DNA of 64,000 bases from the human T2T-CHM13v2.0 reference genome, Homo sapiens (GCF_009914755.1 NC_060935.1); one strand, 5' to 3'; positions 14,490-27,957 are shown, numbered from the stretch's first letter. Notes: generated from the sequence alone by a model not told the origin. Translations and numbers: made by a program.

Positions 14490-14750
14490 ACATGTTAATA
14501 TGCATTGAGTACTAAGCATGGGCCAGCAAGGTACTCAGTAATATAACATATTGTGTCAATTAATCCTTACAAAAGCCCTGCTGGATGTATAGTATTATAC
14601 CCATTTTAAAGAGAAGAAAAGGTTATCCTTTTCTATCCTATCCTTCATGGGTAAAAAGGTTATCCAAGGTCACCCAGCTAACAAGTAGCAGACCTGGAAT
14701 CCAGAACCAGGGCAGTCCAGCTCCAAAGTCCAGGCTCCTGTCACTGTGCC
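14490..14750 (-). mobile_element. MIR SINE
   Basis: ttaatccttacaaaagccc...ccaaggtcacccagctaacaagtagcagacctggaatcc. Confidence 0.8.
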
Positions 14751-15039
14751 TTATCAACAGGGTGCAATCCCTTTCCTCTCTGCCCTCACAAAGCCTTTCA
14801 GATAGATGACAATTTAGATAGCAGGTGACCTTCAGTTCTTTATCTGATCCAGAAAGTCAGTAATTTTAGTCTTGCTTGTGATTTATAAAGAAGAAATTTG
14901 GAGGAGAGGGAGAATAGTCCTGAAATGGATTTTTGATTGATGTCACCTAAGCTCCGTAAGTTTGAAGCTCTCGCTATTTCTGGAGTCACGAATCTCTATT
15001 TCTCCTTCAAACCAAGCCTGAAGATGATGGGTCCTTCTT

Positions 15040-16190
15040 CATCCATTCATTTACCCATTCAGCCATCCATCTATCTGACAAATATTAGGCATCTGCTGTG
15101 TGACTGACCTCATCTTAAGTTGTGGGTAGATGTTCCTTCTCTTGTGGATCCCCCTATAAAGCAGAAGGATCAGAAAAAGGCACACCTCACATTATAATGA
15201 AGTATAAAGAGATGAGCTATATATATTATATGATGGAAGATTATAAAAGAGCTGTTGAATCAAAGGAAGAGGTGACTCACACAGTCTGGGGCCATGATAA
15301 CATGTTGGGAGAAACCTGGGTACAGTGACATTTGATTATAGTTAAAGGACTATCTGGAGTTGGCCAGGCAGGAAAAGAGGTCAGTGGGAGTAGCAGAGAC
15401 AGACGTACAAAAGAAAAGATGTGGTATGTTATGAGAACTACGAGTGGGTAACGTGGGGAGGGGGGCACATATGAACAGAAGCAGGAGGGGAAGACAGTGG
15501 GCACACCAGGGAGGCCCCATGGGGCTTTCTAAGGAGGCTTAACTTTTCTATTTGTGAAGAGGAGCCACCAAGGAATCCAATTTAGGGAATAACCTGTTTA
15601 GATTTGTATTTTAGGAAGTTGTCACAAATACAGGCGAAGATGAAAAGCTCAGAAATTAGTTAAGTAGCCAAGTTTTCTAATAAAAATTCTAAGTGACTTT
15701 CACATATTTCTTTCTTTCTTTTGACATTTATTTATTAAATACTTATGGCCAGGTACTGAGCTAGACTCAGGGCATAGAAAGGTGAATAAAAACATGTAAT
15801 TGCTGCCTACATATAACATTGAGTCTAGTTGAAAAAGCAGAAATTATTCAAATAATTATATAAATGACATTGCAGCTGTGACAAGAAATTTAGAGGAGAG
15901 TATACAGTCTCAGGAGACCCTGTTAGAGAGTTATTTGTCCTGGTTAATTTCTACGAGCAAGTGACACACGAACTGAGATTTGTGGAAGCAGTGGCAATGA
16001 GCCAAGAGCTGTGAGCTGTGAAGAGTGTTCCAGACAGGTTGACAATGTGCAAAAGCCCTGTTGGGGAGGCAGGCGAATGTGGAGAGGGAGGGTGGGGGTG
16101 ACTACAACCAAGGAGATGAAGAATTCAGGGTGTAGCATGAGGCAGGAGGTCAGGAGCAGATGCTGAGTTTTTGACTCAGGTCTTGAGCTT
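15040..16190 (-). mobile_element. L2 LINE fragments
   Basis: (CATT/CATC) tail at about 15040, tttattaaatacttatggccaggtactgagcta, gaagagtgttccagacagg...tgcaaaagccctg. Confidence 0.6.
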
Positions 16191-16234
16191 TTCACTCTGA
16201 GCTTGAGCTTCTGAGAATGGGCAATGCAAAGCAA

Positions 16235-16458
16235 AGCCAAGTCACCCTGGCCATCCCAACCAAAGCCATTCTATATTAGCTTCTATATTAGCTAACAACC
16301 AGATGACCTGAAGAAATGTGAGTGAACCCAGACAACATCTGATGAGCCACCCAGCCAAACACAGCCTTAAATGACCAATCTTCAGACTCAGGTGTGAAAT
16401 AAATGGTTATCGTGTTAAGTCACTAGATTTTAGGGTTGTTTGCTATGTGAGCATATGC
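16235..16458 (+). mobile_element. MLT1 (MaLR) LTR 3' part
   Basis: gagccacccagccaaacacagcc...aataaatggttatcgtgttaagtcactagattttagggttgtttgctatg. Confidence 0.7.
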
Positions 16459-16480
16459 AATGGGGAGTATGAAGAAGTGT

Positions 16481-17449
16481 GAGTGAACAGGCACCCTACA
16501 GAATGGGAAAACATTTCTGTAATCTATCCATCTGACAAAGGGCTAATTTCCAGAATCTACAAAGAAACAAATTTGCAAGAAAAAAAACAAACAACCCCAT
16601 CAAAAAGTGGGTGAAGGATATGAACAGACACTTTTCAAGAGAAGACATTTATGCAGCCAATAAACATATGAAAAAAAGCTCATCATCACTGGTCATTAGA
16701 GAAATGCAAGTCAAAACCACAATGAGATACCATCTCACGCCAGTTAGAATGGTGATCATTAAAAAGTAAGGAAACAACAGATGCTGGAGAGGATGTGGAG
16801 AAATAGGAACACTTTTACACGGTTGATGGGAGTGTAAATTAGTTCAACCATTGTGGAAGACAGTGTGGGGATTCCTCAAGGATCTAGAACCATAAATATC
16901 ATTTGACCCAGTAATCCCATTACTGGGTATATACCCAAAGGATTATAAATCATTCTACTATAAAGACACATGCACACATATGTTTATTGCAGCAATATTC
17001 ACAATAGCAAAGACTTGTAACCAACCCAAATGCCCATCAATGATAGAATGGATAAAGAAAATGTGACATATATACACCATGGAATACTATGCAGTGATAA
17101 AAAGGGATGAGTTCATGTCCTTGGCAGGGACATGGATGAAGCTGGAAACCATCATTGTCAGCAAACTAACAGAAGATCAGAAAACCAAACACCGCATGTT
17201 CTCACTCATAAGTGGGAGTTGAACAATGAGAACACATGGACACAGGGAGGGGAGCATCACACACCGGGGCCTGTCGGGGGTGGGGGACAAGGGGAGGGAT
17301 AGCATTAGGAGAATTACCTAATGTAGCTGATGGGTTGATGGGTGCAGCAAAACACCATGGCACATGTATACCTATGTAAAAAACCTGCACGTTCTGCACA
17401 TGTACCCCAGAATTTAAAGTATCATTAACAACAACAACAACAACAAAAA
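16481..17449 (+). mobile_element. L1PA (about PA7-like) 5'-truncated copy: end of ORF2 and 3' UTR
   Basis: High similarity to primate L1: aaaccacaatgagataccatctcacgccagttagaatgg...ctgcacgttctgcacatgtacccc; (AAC)n tail. Confidence 0.95.
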
Positions 17450-18842
17450 GGAATGATTCTCAGGTTGCTGGTTTGCACATCTGGATGACTACTGAATTCA
17501 TTCTCTGAAATCAGATCAAGATTTAAATTACTGAGTAAGATATCCCTATAATAAAGACAGGGAAGAATCAGTTTAATAATGACTGGGAAAACCAGAAGGG
17601 TACTTTGCTATGAGGATGAAGATCCACTCTGAAGCACCAGTCCAACCAGTTTATATTGTATATAATTCTTGGGTCATTCTTTTGATCTTGAGTCTAATTG
17701 ATGTGGATTCAAATTCTATCTCTAACATTCAATTTTTGTGTGACGGTGGAAAGTTGGTTTACTTTCCTGAATTTAAACTGGAAAATAAAAATAATAATAT
17801 CTATTTGCAAAGTTTTTGTAAGGACTACATAAATGGCAGCTGAAACATGAACCACATCGTCGGGCCTTTATTTCATACCCAAAGCATAGTTGCTGTTACA
17901 ACTATGCTATACAAATCTTTGTTCAGGCTGTTCTCCATCTGCTTGAATACTTTTTTTTCTTCTACAGGTTCTTTTTATGCTTTAAACTTGGCTCTAGATG
18001 CACCAAATCATTGAAGCCCCCCCAAACTATCTTAACACAGCATTGACTCTCACTTTTCTAAAATGTTTGTATCTCTGTATTTTTGCAAACTTTCGTTCAT
18101 CATATATTTATTAGCACCAACTATGCACTCATCACAAAGGGAAATAATAATAATACACTGCTTTTCCTACTCATAGGTGGCAAACAGCACATGGTCTCAT
18201 ATTTTCATTTAAAATTGAGTATTCATTTTGCTTTTTACAAATTTCCTTGATAAACATAATTTCATTTGATGTTCACAAAAGCCAGGTGGAAAAGCAAAAC
18301 AAGTGTTAGCATCCTTATCTCCCATTAAAGATCCCTGGATCATGCTCTTCACCCCCTTGTCACTTGGTAGTCAACTTCAGTATAGGCTTATCTGATTTTA
18401 CTTATTTTGTAATGTATTTTCTTCCCTATTTGCATGGTGGCTCCTGAGCTCAGGGACCAGGACTTCTATATCTCCACATCCCTAGTGTCTAGCTAAATGC
18501 CTGGCAAAGGACAGGTATTTAATACATATTTGCTGCATGAATTAGAGTCAGGAAGTTTGAGGGACTTGCTCAAATACACATGATAAATCAACAGCAGATC
18601 TGGGGTTAGAATACAGCTTTTCTTTATTTCTCCTGATTCAAGGCTCTCTACTTTACAAGTTGTCGTCTACTAATTTGATATTTCTGTGGTTGGTTTTATA
18701 AAACAGAATAAAAATCTCTCAAACAGAAGACAGTATGTTAAGAGCATGGAAATTTCTAACCTAGAAAGTGAAGTGAGTACTTACTTTTAAATGAAAATAT
18801 GTGACCATGTCCCATTTGCCACCTAAGAGTAGGACAAAGCAG

Positions 18843-19401
18843 TGTATTATTATTATTAGTCAGGGTTCTCCAGAGAAGCAGAACTAATAGAAGATTACAC
18901 GTAAATCTCCATGGATACATACATACATATTTGGAGATTTCTAACAGAAATTTGGTTCATGCAATTATGGAAGCCAAGGAGCCCCACAGTCTATTGTCTG
19001 CAAAGTCAAGAACCAAGAAAGCAGGTGGTATAATTCAATCTAAATCTAAAGTCCTGAGAGCCAGGGCTTGGGAGTAGGGAGGGGACAATAGTATAAGTCT
19101 CAGGCCAGAGTCTGGAGAACCTTGAGCACAGATGTTTGTGGGCAGATGAAGATGGATGCTCCAGCTCAAACACAGAGAACAAATTTGCCTTTTCTCTGCT
19201 TTTCTACTCCACTGGGGCCTTCAGTTCATTGGATGATGCCCACGCCCATCAGTGAGGGAGATCTCCTTTATTCAGTCTACCCAATCAAATGCTAATATCT
19301 TGCAAAAAACACTCTCACAGACACACTCAGAAATAATGTTTTACCATCTTCCTGGATATACCTTACCCCAATCAAATTGGCAGATAAAATTAACCATCAC
19401 A
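18843..19401 (-). mobile_element. MLT2 (ERVL) solo LTR
   Basis: tattagtcagggttctccagagaagcagaac ... aaaattaaccatcaca. Confidence 0.9.
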
Positions 19402-19459
19402 GTGAAGTATTCATTCAAACAATCTGTTAATGAGTGAAAGGAGGCAGAGGCCAAGGAAG

Positions 19460-19670
19460 TGATATTTATGAGCATCTACTCTTCACATCAAACATGCAAT
19501 ATTATTTAATATTCATAGCAACTTTATGAGGTCAGCATTATACCTGTTTACAGATGAGAAAACTGAAGCTCACAGAGGTAAAGTCACTATGTGTGTAGGT
19601 AAGTTGTGGGGTTGGCATTATAACCCAAGTTGGTCTAAATTCAGTGCCTGATCACTTTTCATTATACCCT
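19460..19670 (-). mobile_element. MIR SINE
   Basis: tttacagatgagaaaactgaagctcacagaggtaaagtcac. Confidence 0.8.
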
Positions 19671-20714
19671 GGAGAAAAAAGACTGTGAACTAAAGAACTC
19701 CAGGCTGTGTGGACACACTGATGAACACAGGCATGGGTGAATGCTGTATTTTTTTTTTTTAACTGCCTTTCAGTTGAGACAATGGGCCTGAACATGACAG
19801 CTTTTCAAATTCAGAGACTTAGTCTCCTAATCCTCAGACTGTAATTTTCACTCTTGTGGCTTCGTAAATAATGTTTTTTTTTTTCGCCATTTCATAAAAT
19901 GCCTCTGATTAGGAAGGGATTGATCATTTCCTAAGACTGTTTTGTAAGAAATGCCCAAAGCCACTTGGCGTCCCCTGTTGGTGCTTATTTCTCTGTGTTT
20001 TTGATAAAATATAATTGTCTTAAGTCTCTCAGGATTGATTAGATGGAATGTTCAAAAGGAAAGCTGTCTTATTACTGACCCTGCATCCTTTAGTTAATAA
20101 GTTTTTTTCTAATTTTACTTCAAAGATGAAAGTTTCTTAATTAACCATCAGAGGTTCTCTGAAGCAAAGTATATTAAAATCATATTATGCCTTCCTGAGG
20201 CTCTCCTTGGATTTTTTATTAAGCAAAGCTATTGGAAGTAAAGATATGAGGGTAATTGTATCTATAGATAATAAAGAAAGATATACTTATGAGTTTTCTA
20301 TTCTAATCAACATGACTGCCACACTGAAAAAGTCAATTATTTTGTAATATTTAAGAATGCTAATAAAAATGAATGTTATTTAGCCAAATCTTGCTAGCTC
20401 TGGAAATGAGAAACAAGAATATCGAGGATTAAAAAAAATCACAGCTTAATTCCAAATGCAATTTAGCAAATGTGTGTCGGAGCAACTTGATCTATTTCAA
20501 CAGTTATTTATTGATTACCTGCCATATGCCAAGCAGTCTTCCTACGTTCTGAGAGATAGGAAAATGAAGACATTGACCCTGTCCTCAGTGAGCTCACAAA
20601 CTTCATAGGAGAGATTGTTTCTTTGCTTGTAAAACAGGTGAAATTGGACATGCACTGTAATAAAAGTATGTGCAAGGCAATGATGTGCCGGGAAACTGTT
20701 CTGAGGTGGAATAG

Positions 20715-20876
20715 TCTTGTTTGCCAGTTTTCATGGCATAAATATTTCCACAGCAGTTAGCTTCAAGCTGCCAATTTAACAACTCCCAATAATTTGTAAA
20801 TTGGCTTGCGAAATTCCTGAATATTTAACAACCGGCTCTCATAAGCAGGTATTACCCAGCGTCAACACATCACTGG
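20715..20876. mobile_element. MER63-like hAT DNA transposon fragment within L2
   Basis: gaaattcctgaatatttaacaaccggctctcataagc...cacatcactg. Confidence 0.6.
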
Positions 20877-23743
20877 AAACATGGTAGAAGCACAAATGAA
20901 AGCAGCAGTGAATTTTGCCTGGAATGGGGCTACAAGAGGATTCAAAGCCAAAGGAATTGGAGCTAGGCCTTGAGGATGAACAAGATAGTAGGGCAGAGAA
21001 CAGGGAAGAAGAATGTTCCAGGCAGAGGGAATGTCACATGTAAAAGTAAGAAGGCTGAGAATTCTTTGTGTGCTGGGACATATGTGATCAGACAGAGCTG
21101 ATTTGGGGACTCTTGAAGCTGAGGGTTACATTGGGGCCAGATTGTTAAAAATCTTGAATGCCACACTAGGAGTTATGACTCCTTTCTATAGTAAATAGGA
21201 GTCTCTGGAGGGGGCTCACAAAACCCATTTGAAGAACAACTACAGAAATAACCCAAGCACAGATGGATTCTGCCAAATGGCCAGGCATTCTGCAAACATG
21301 GTTATTTTCAAAATGACTGATTTCTTGGCTGAATTTTATTGTTTTTCAAAGAATCTGGCTTATTTAAAAGCATGGTCATATGAGGGGGGAGAAAGTGAAG
21401 GAAAGAAATACAAAGATAAATTGTAATGCATCTGTATTGTAATTTAGGAGTATTTAAAAATGTATTACATGCTCATTACAAAAAATATAGGTATGAAAAA
21501 GAAGAAAATAAGAATTGCCTATCATCCTGTCACCCATATATAGCAGCTGCTATCATTTTGATGTTCATCTTTCTAGTATTTTTATGTATGTTTTTATTAT
21601 GCATATTTTTTAAATTGAAAATTAGTTTATATTATACATGTTTTATTAAAATGTCTGAAGAACAACACCACAGGTCAATATGTATTTGTCTCTGTCTTCA
21701 TTCCTAATGATTGTGTAGTATTCTATTGAATGGGGGTTAACTTGTTTCTGAAATCCACCATTTGTGGAAATTAAGATTGTTTATAATTTTTTACTATCTC
21801 AACTGGTGCTCCGAATAAAGACTTCTTTTTACTCTTAGCATACATTTTCTCAGAACAATTAAATAAATGTTAAGTTTTTTTTTTTCATTTTGCTTTTTAA
21901 AAACAAATTTCAGGGAAAAAAATAAAATGCCACTTGGGAGTTATTTCACTAATCATCTCATTGTCCTTAGCACTTCCTTAACCTCTAATAGAATTAATTG
22001 TTGAGACGTCTATATTATACTTGTGAGACCATGTTCTCACAGGTTTAAGGACACACATAATCTTTCTGTGACGGCAGCTGAACAGTATGTTCTGCTGCTT
22101 ATCTCTTCTTTTACACCATACTGGTAGCACAGGGTTTTATGTGACAGATACCTGGATAGCCAAATATCCTCCACTAAGAATTAAATTCATATTTGTACTA
22201 GTCATGGTGTCACATGTGTGAGAAGATTGTCTTATAGCTATCTATATGGTGTACTCTCTAGAGGTTAAGAACGTAAGAAGCGGTGGTTTACTTAAACTGA
22301 TAGCCAGTGATTCCTTTAGAAGCATTCCTTCATGGGAAATAACGGTCACATAACACGTTCTTATTAAAATTTTATTTTGTTCCAAGCACAGGGCTTGAGA
22401 TAATGAAAATTCTTTTTGAGACCAGATTATAGATCACATTGAACTTCAGCTTGGGTATCTGAATTTTATCCTACAGCTTATATTAGTCATGAAAAGGTCT
22501 TCAACAGGAAAAACAGTATGTAAATCTAGGCACAAGAGAGAAGTCATCTCTTAGGAATGGCCACTGCTTGAATAATTTGGGAGTGAAAATGCTTTTCTTT
22601 ACTTCAACTGATATATTGTATTACTGAACTAATGTGGTAAATTTGGGAAATCTCTGTAAGCCTGCTATATACCAGACACTTCACTAGAAAAAAGAAGGGA
22701 TGGAAAATAAAATAACTGCCTTTCCTGAGAGAAACACATTTGGGAGTCAAGTACATGAGCGTGTAGTCACAAAGCAACACAGTCAGTCCCACGATAAAAA
22801 ACACATGAAATAAATAGCTATGATAGAGCAGAGCCTGACTGACTCCTTGGAAGTGGTGGCAGAGTAGTCAAGAGCTTCATTCAGTGATGATGCTCTGAAT
22901 AAAAACTTCTTTTTACACTTAGCATATATTTGTTAGGACAATTAAATAAATGTAAATATATATATTTTTTACATTTTGCTTGGAGTAGATTTTCATGTAT
23001 AAATAGAAACTGTTTAGGCAAACAGAAGGGACGGCATTTCAGAGACAGAAAACAGTATGTGCAAAGACAGGTTGACTTGAAACAGTATATACATATTTAT
23101 CATAATGTGCATTATATATCATCCCCAAACCTGGTTTTATTGTAGATTTGAACCTGAGGAATAATATACATAGGTAAGATCTGTGCCAAAAACTTGGACA
23201 GCACCGTGGGAGATAGGTTACAAGATGACAAGACCCCAAACAGGAAAAAAAGCAAATCCAGGTGGAAAGAAAATGGTGGCCGGGATAAAGATAAGAGCAG
23301 TGGGGGTAAAGCAGACAAGACAGATATGAGAGGTATTTAGGAGATATAAGTGGAAAGGGCCTGGTGACTAGCTAAATGTAGGGATGGTAGTTGGGTAGTA
23401 TATGGCTCCCTAATTTCTGGCTGGGCTGGCTTACTGGATGATGGAGATATTAAAAAGGTAGAAAATAGGAGAAGAAGGCCTCATGAGTTCAGCTCTGGGC
23501 ATAATGCTTTTGAGATGCTGCGAGAAAACCAAGTGAGAATGTCTGGGTAGCAGTGCCTTATATTACTAAGTCTTGCAGAAGATGATTGGGATACTGTGAA
23601 TTTTGAGATAGTAAAAGGTTAACATTTTTTAATGCTCCAATTTTTTGTCAAGGTCACAGCTTGTGTCTTCTACCATGTACAAACCAGAGGCTAAAGGACT
23701 TTGCAGTTTCACAGTTGGAATCTGCAGCTTTTCTTATGTGCAG

Positions 23744-23840
23744 CGGAGACTCGCAGTGTATTTGGAGTAACTGCTGAGAACTCAATGTATGACATCTCCT
23801 AATTAAAGACCACCACCAAGTTAGGGATCACTGGAAGCAG
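23744..23840 (+). other. Candidate 97-nt non-coding exon
   Basis: Acceptor cttttcttatgtgcag| and donor CAG|gtaaga in non-repeat sequence; stops in all three frames. Confidence 0.4.
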
Positions 23841-23922
23841 GTAAGAGGAAAAGTGCATTTATTACCAAACAAAACCCCATACCAATTCTAGTATTGATTT
23901 TTATTGAAGTGGTAGCATTTAA

Positions 23923-24921
23923 TATGATTGGCTTTCATTTTCCTTTTGGAGAATTACAGTTTGCAGAAAAATATCAGTAGTTTTTTTTTTAGCTCAGTTG
24001 TTCAGATGTAATAAATTTACATGATAAATTCATTCATTCATTCAATTACCGTTTTGACTGCCCCGTTACCTACTTTTTTTTTAAAGAGAATCAAAGATGA
24101 ATAAGATTTAGTACCAAGTGAGACATGGTCCTGACTCTCTAGAAACACAGAGCAGATTTCTTTCTTTATAATTACTGGTGTAGCTATCATGATTATAATC
24201 AATTAATAAAGATAATAGATATAATTTGTTTATGGTTTTGATGAGTAAACTCTTGGTCTCTTTCATCTCCCAGTAAGAGACACACACTGCTAGGCTAAAT
24301 TATCTTCTCTTTGGTGTTCAGCCAGGAGTAAATGCAATACAATAAAAGGGTTCCTTCTGACCATATGTACAACCATGCATGGGGACTTGTTTTTATGCAG
24401 ATTCCCAGACAGGCTCTGGAAATTTGGATTCTTTAGGTCTGAGGTATAAAACTGGCAATTTCCCATTGCTATAATAATCTGCAGGAAATTCTGAAGTACA
24501 TGGTTTATCAGGCACACTTTGAGAAATCCTGTTGTGTTAGACACAATAAGGTCTGGGAGGTCTAGCTGATCAGAATGCCAATTCCAACTTTATCAGTGGC
24601 AAGCAGAGTGATCTTGGGCAAAGTTTTATAATAAGTGTTTAAATCGTCTCAGAAAAAATGACTCTGGGACATTTTTGTAGAACAAAGGGAAATTTTATAC
24701 GTAAAATAGTTGATATTTAATTAATGCTTATTTTTACTTTTTTCCCCCCTCGTTTTCCTTTTTAAACCCCAATTAGTACTTGTTATGATTGGCTTTCATT
24801 TTCCTTTGGAGAACTACAGTTTGCAGGAAAACATCAGTAGCTGTCTTTTTAGCTTGGATGTTCAGATGTGATAAATTTACATGATAAATTCATTCATTTA
24901 TTCAACTACCTTTTCTGAGTG
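23923..24921. repeat. Dispersed direct duplication of about 130 bp (23923-24060 and 24784-24921)
   Basis: tatgattggctttcattttcc...ataaatttacatgataaattcattcatt appears twice, about 85-90% identical by hand alignment. Confidence 0.93.
24345..24530. mobile_element. MER5A-like MITE
   Basis: tgcagattcccagacagg...gattctttaggtctgagg...cacactttgagaaa. Confidence 0.65.
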
Positions 24922-25285
24922 CTCATTATATTTTGTGCCTCTAATCTATCACTCATCCTTTCTTTCTTTAGAATTCCTGTGTATCCTTTTTATTTCTCAC
25001 TGGACTCTGCACTTCTTGAGAACAGAAGTTTGTCCTCACTTTATTTCTGTATCTTCAAAACCTGCATGCAGCGTGGGTATACTAAAGTGTTTTCCTACAA
25101 AGTTATCCTTATACGTTGATATCTACCTTTATTTTATGCTCTTGTATCAAAATGATTGTTAATTTGTTTATAAGATTCACACTTCCAAAAACTCATTAAT
25201 GCTTCTTTGTCTTTTTATAGCATAACACATTTGGCAAGGAATAGGATTATGCTTTCTTTAATTCTCTACTTAAGAAAAAGTCCCT

Positions 25286-25562
25286 GGCCAGGCATGGTGG
25301 CTCACACCTGTAATCCCAGCACTTTGGGAGGCCAAAGCAGGAGCATTACTTGAGCCCATGGGTTTGAGATCAGCCTGGGAAGTATAGGGAGATTTCAACT
25401 CTACAAAAAATACAAAATTATCCCTGCATGGTGATGCACCAGCTACTAGGGAGGACTGCTTGAGCCTGGGAGGTTGAGGCCGCAGTAAGTTATGACTGTG
25501 CCACTGCACTCAGCCTGGGCAACTGAGGGATCTTGCCTCAAAACGAAAAAAAAAAAAAAAAA
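25286..25562 (+). mobile_element. AluJ SINE
   Basis: cttgagcccatgggtttgag, gaggttgaggccgcagtaagttatgactg; TSD aagaaaaagtccct / aagagaaagtacct. Confidence 0.93.
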
Positions 25563-25992
25563 AAGAGAAAGTACCTGATTTAATTCAGGAAATGATAGCA
25601 TCAAATGCTTATTTTGAAAATTCACACAGACTCATGAATGTGTTGGCCGAGGAATGACTTGGTGACTTAGGTGACAGCATGTAAGTTCGCAAAAGCATTT
25701 ACTATGTTAGTTTTATTAGTTCAGCGAAAACTTATTGAGCGCACACTGTGTGCCAGACATTGTGTTGGGTGGTGAGGGAATGCAATCAACAAAATAGTTC
25801 TTATATTCAAGGAACATAAGGGTTGATAATGAGGGTAAACCAATAAATAGATAAGTTCAACACATTATGGTACATACTATACTAGAAAAAGGCATGGGAT
25901 GTTTTGAGACTCCTGACTTACCGTACATGTGAGGGGGAAAGTTTTCTTAAGGGAATTATACCCACATTGAAAGATGGAGGAGTAAAGAGTGG

Positions 25993-26345
25993 TTCTATCG
26001 TCTGCATGTTGGTGTAACTCATCCCCAAGTTCATATGTTAAAATACTAATTTCTAAGGTGATGATATGAGGAGCTGAGGCCTTTGGAAAGTGATGAGGTC
26101 ATGAAGGCAGACCCATCTTGAGTGGGATTAGGGATAGAGGAGGTCCTTGCCCCTTCTGCCATGTGAAAATGCAGCCAAAAGATGCCATCTATGAACAAGA
26201 AAGAAGGGCCTCACCAGACACCAGATCTGCTGGTGCCTTGATCTTGGATTTCCCAGCCTCCAAAACTGTGAGAAATAAATGTCTGTTATTGATATTCCAC
26301 CTAGTCAATGGTATTTTGTAATAGCAGCCCACACGAACTAACACA
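25993..26345 (+). mobile_element. MLT1A0-like MaLR solo LTR inserted in L2
   Basis: gcctcaccagacaccagatctgctggtgccttgatcttggatttcccagcctccaaaactgtgagaaataaa; 5-bp TSD agtgg / agtga. Confidence 0.9.
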
Positions 26346-26916
26346 AGTGACAAGGCAAAGGAATTAAAATGTGCTCCAGAGAAAAGCAACAGCATGTGTC
26401 AACACAGGAGATGGGCAAGCACTTCATAATCATGATTCACAAGTAGGTGCATCTGGTTGTGAGAGAAGAGGCTGGAGCAAGAAGTGTGGAACCCTGTCAT
26501 GGACAGACTTATTTTGCTCAGGCTAAGTAATTAGCTTTGTCGTGAGTATAAAGGAAAGCCATTAAAAAATTCTAAGTATAGATGTGACATCATTATTATA
26601 ACTGTAATTCTAAGTTCATGTTTGTAGTCCATCACAAATGTTGCCTTTACTGGACAGATCGTTTTAAAAAGTATTCATTAAATGTATGTATATTTCCTAA
26701 GAAATTTGAGCTTAACTTTCACAATCACTTGAGTTTAATGACCAATAAAAGCTCATAATACTGAATAATTAAATATAATAAAATGTCATCTCAGAGTAGA
26801 GGGCTCTGTTTATTTTAAACATAGCACATTATCTTTAAGATCACATTAGGAACTTCTAGTGTAAGAGGCTTCTGACTGGAATTACTTCACTCAGTCTCTC
26901 TGAATCATTCAGTTTT

Positions 26917-27260
26917 ATCAGTCAGGATGAGCTAGGTTTTGTTGCAGTAACAACTTCCAACTTACAGTGGTTTTAAAATAAAGAAAATATTAATAGTATT
27001 CATTCTACAAGTCCATTATGGGGGATTTGTAGGAAAATGGGCTATGCTGATTTCAGTGACTCAAGCCTCCAGATTAATGAAAAAACTATCTTCTAAATTG
27101 CTAACCAGTGGATCAAAGGGAAGAGTGCAGCTTTCAACACATCATCTATCCACAGTTGTCATCACTCAAATATAAAGAAGCCAGAAAAATCAAGATTATT
27201 ATGTACCCTGAAGAGGCAGAGACTGAAAATATTTGACAAACATCATTAATTACTATCACA
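26917..27260 (-). mobile_element. Old MLT1 (J/K-like) LTR
   Basis: tatcagtcaggatgagctaggttttgttgcagtaacaa. Confidence 0.6.
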
Positions 27261-27590
27261 CCAATAAAATAACTACCAAATCCAGAAAAATAAAAAAAAA
27301 AACACACACACAAGATAAAACCACCACCTAAATTCAAGAATGACCAACATTGTCTTGCTAGAATCTTGGAAAAGATTTTACCACCTAGAAGGCCAATGGT
27401 AGTTCTATACATCTTGCGGGTGGGGTGGAAATGGGTGGTTTTTATAGTGTGAGGTTCATAAAAAAATCCCACCTGCCTAAAGTCACCTGAGGCCTCTTCC
27501 TCATTCCCACATTGTCTTCCCCTTGGCACATAGCCCCAGGGGCTGTAGCAAATTTAAACACAATAACTGTCCATCTACCTCAAGGTACTT

Positions 27591-27779
27591 TTGTTTTGTT
27601 CATATACTTGCTTTTGTTTTATTAGAGGCAGGGTCTTGCTCTGTCACCCAGGCTAGAGTACAGTAGCACAATCATAGCACACTGTAACCTCAAACTCCTG
27701 GGCTCAAGCTATCCTCCCACCTCAGCAGCCCAAGTGGCTAGTTCAACCATAGCAGCCACCATGCCAAGCTAATTAAGAT

Positions 27780-27835
<56 letters not shown>

Positions 27836-27957
27836 GAAGGGAGAAGGGGCCTCACTATGGTTGCCCAGGCTGGTCTCCAACTCCTGACCTCAAGCAACCT
27901 TCCTGCCTTGGCCTCCCAAAGCACTGAGATTGCAGGTGTGAGCTACTGTGCCCAACC
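27591..27957 (-). mobile_element. AluJ SINE with a tetranucleotide STR in the central linker
   Basis: gggtcttgctctgtcacccagg...ctcaaactcctgggctcaagctatcctcccacctcagc. Confidence 0.92.
27780..27834. repeat. (TCTA)13 / (GATA)n microsatellite
   Basis: Perfect tetranucleotide run. Confidence 0.97.
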
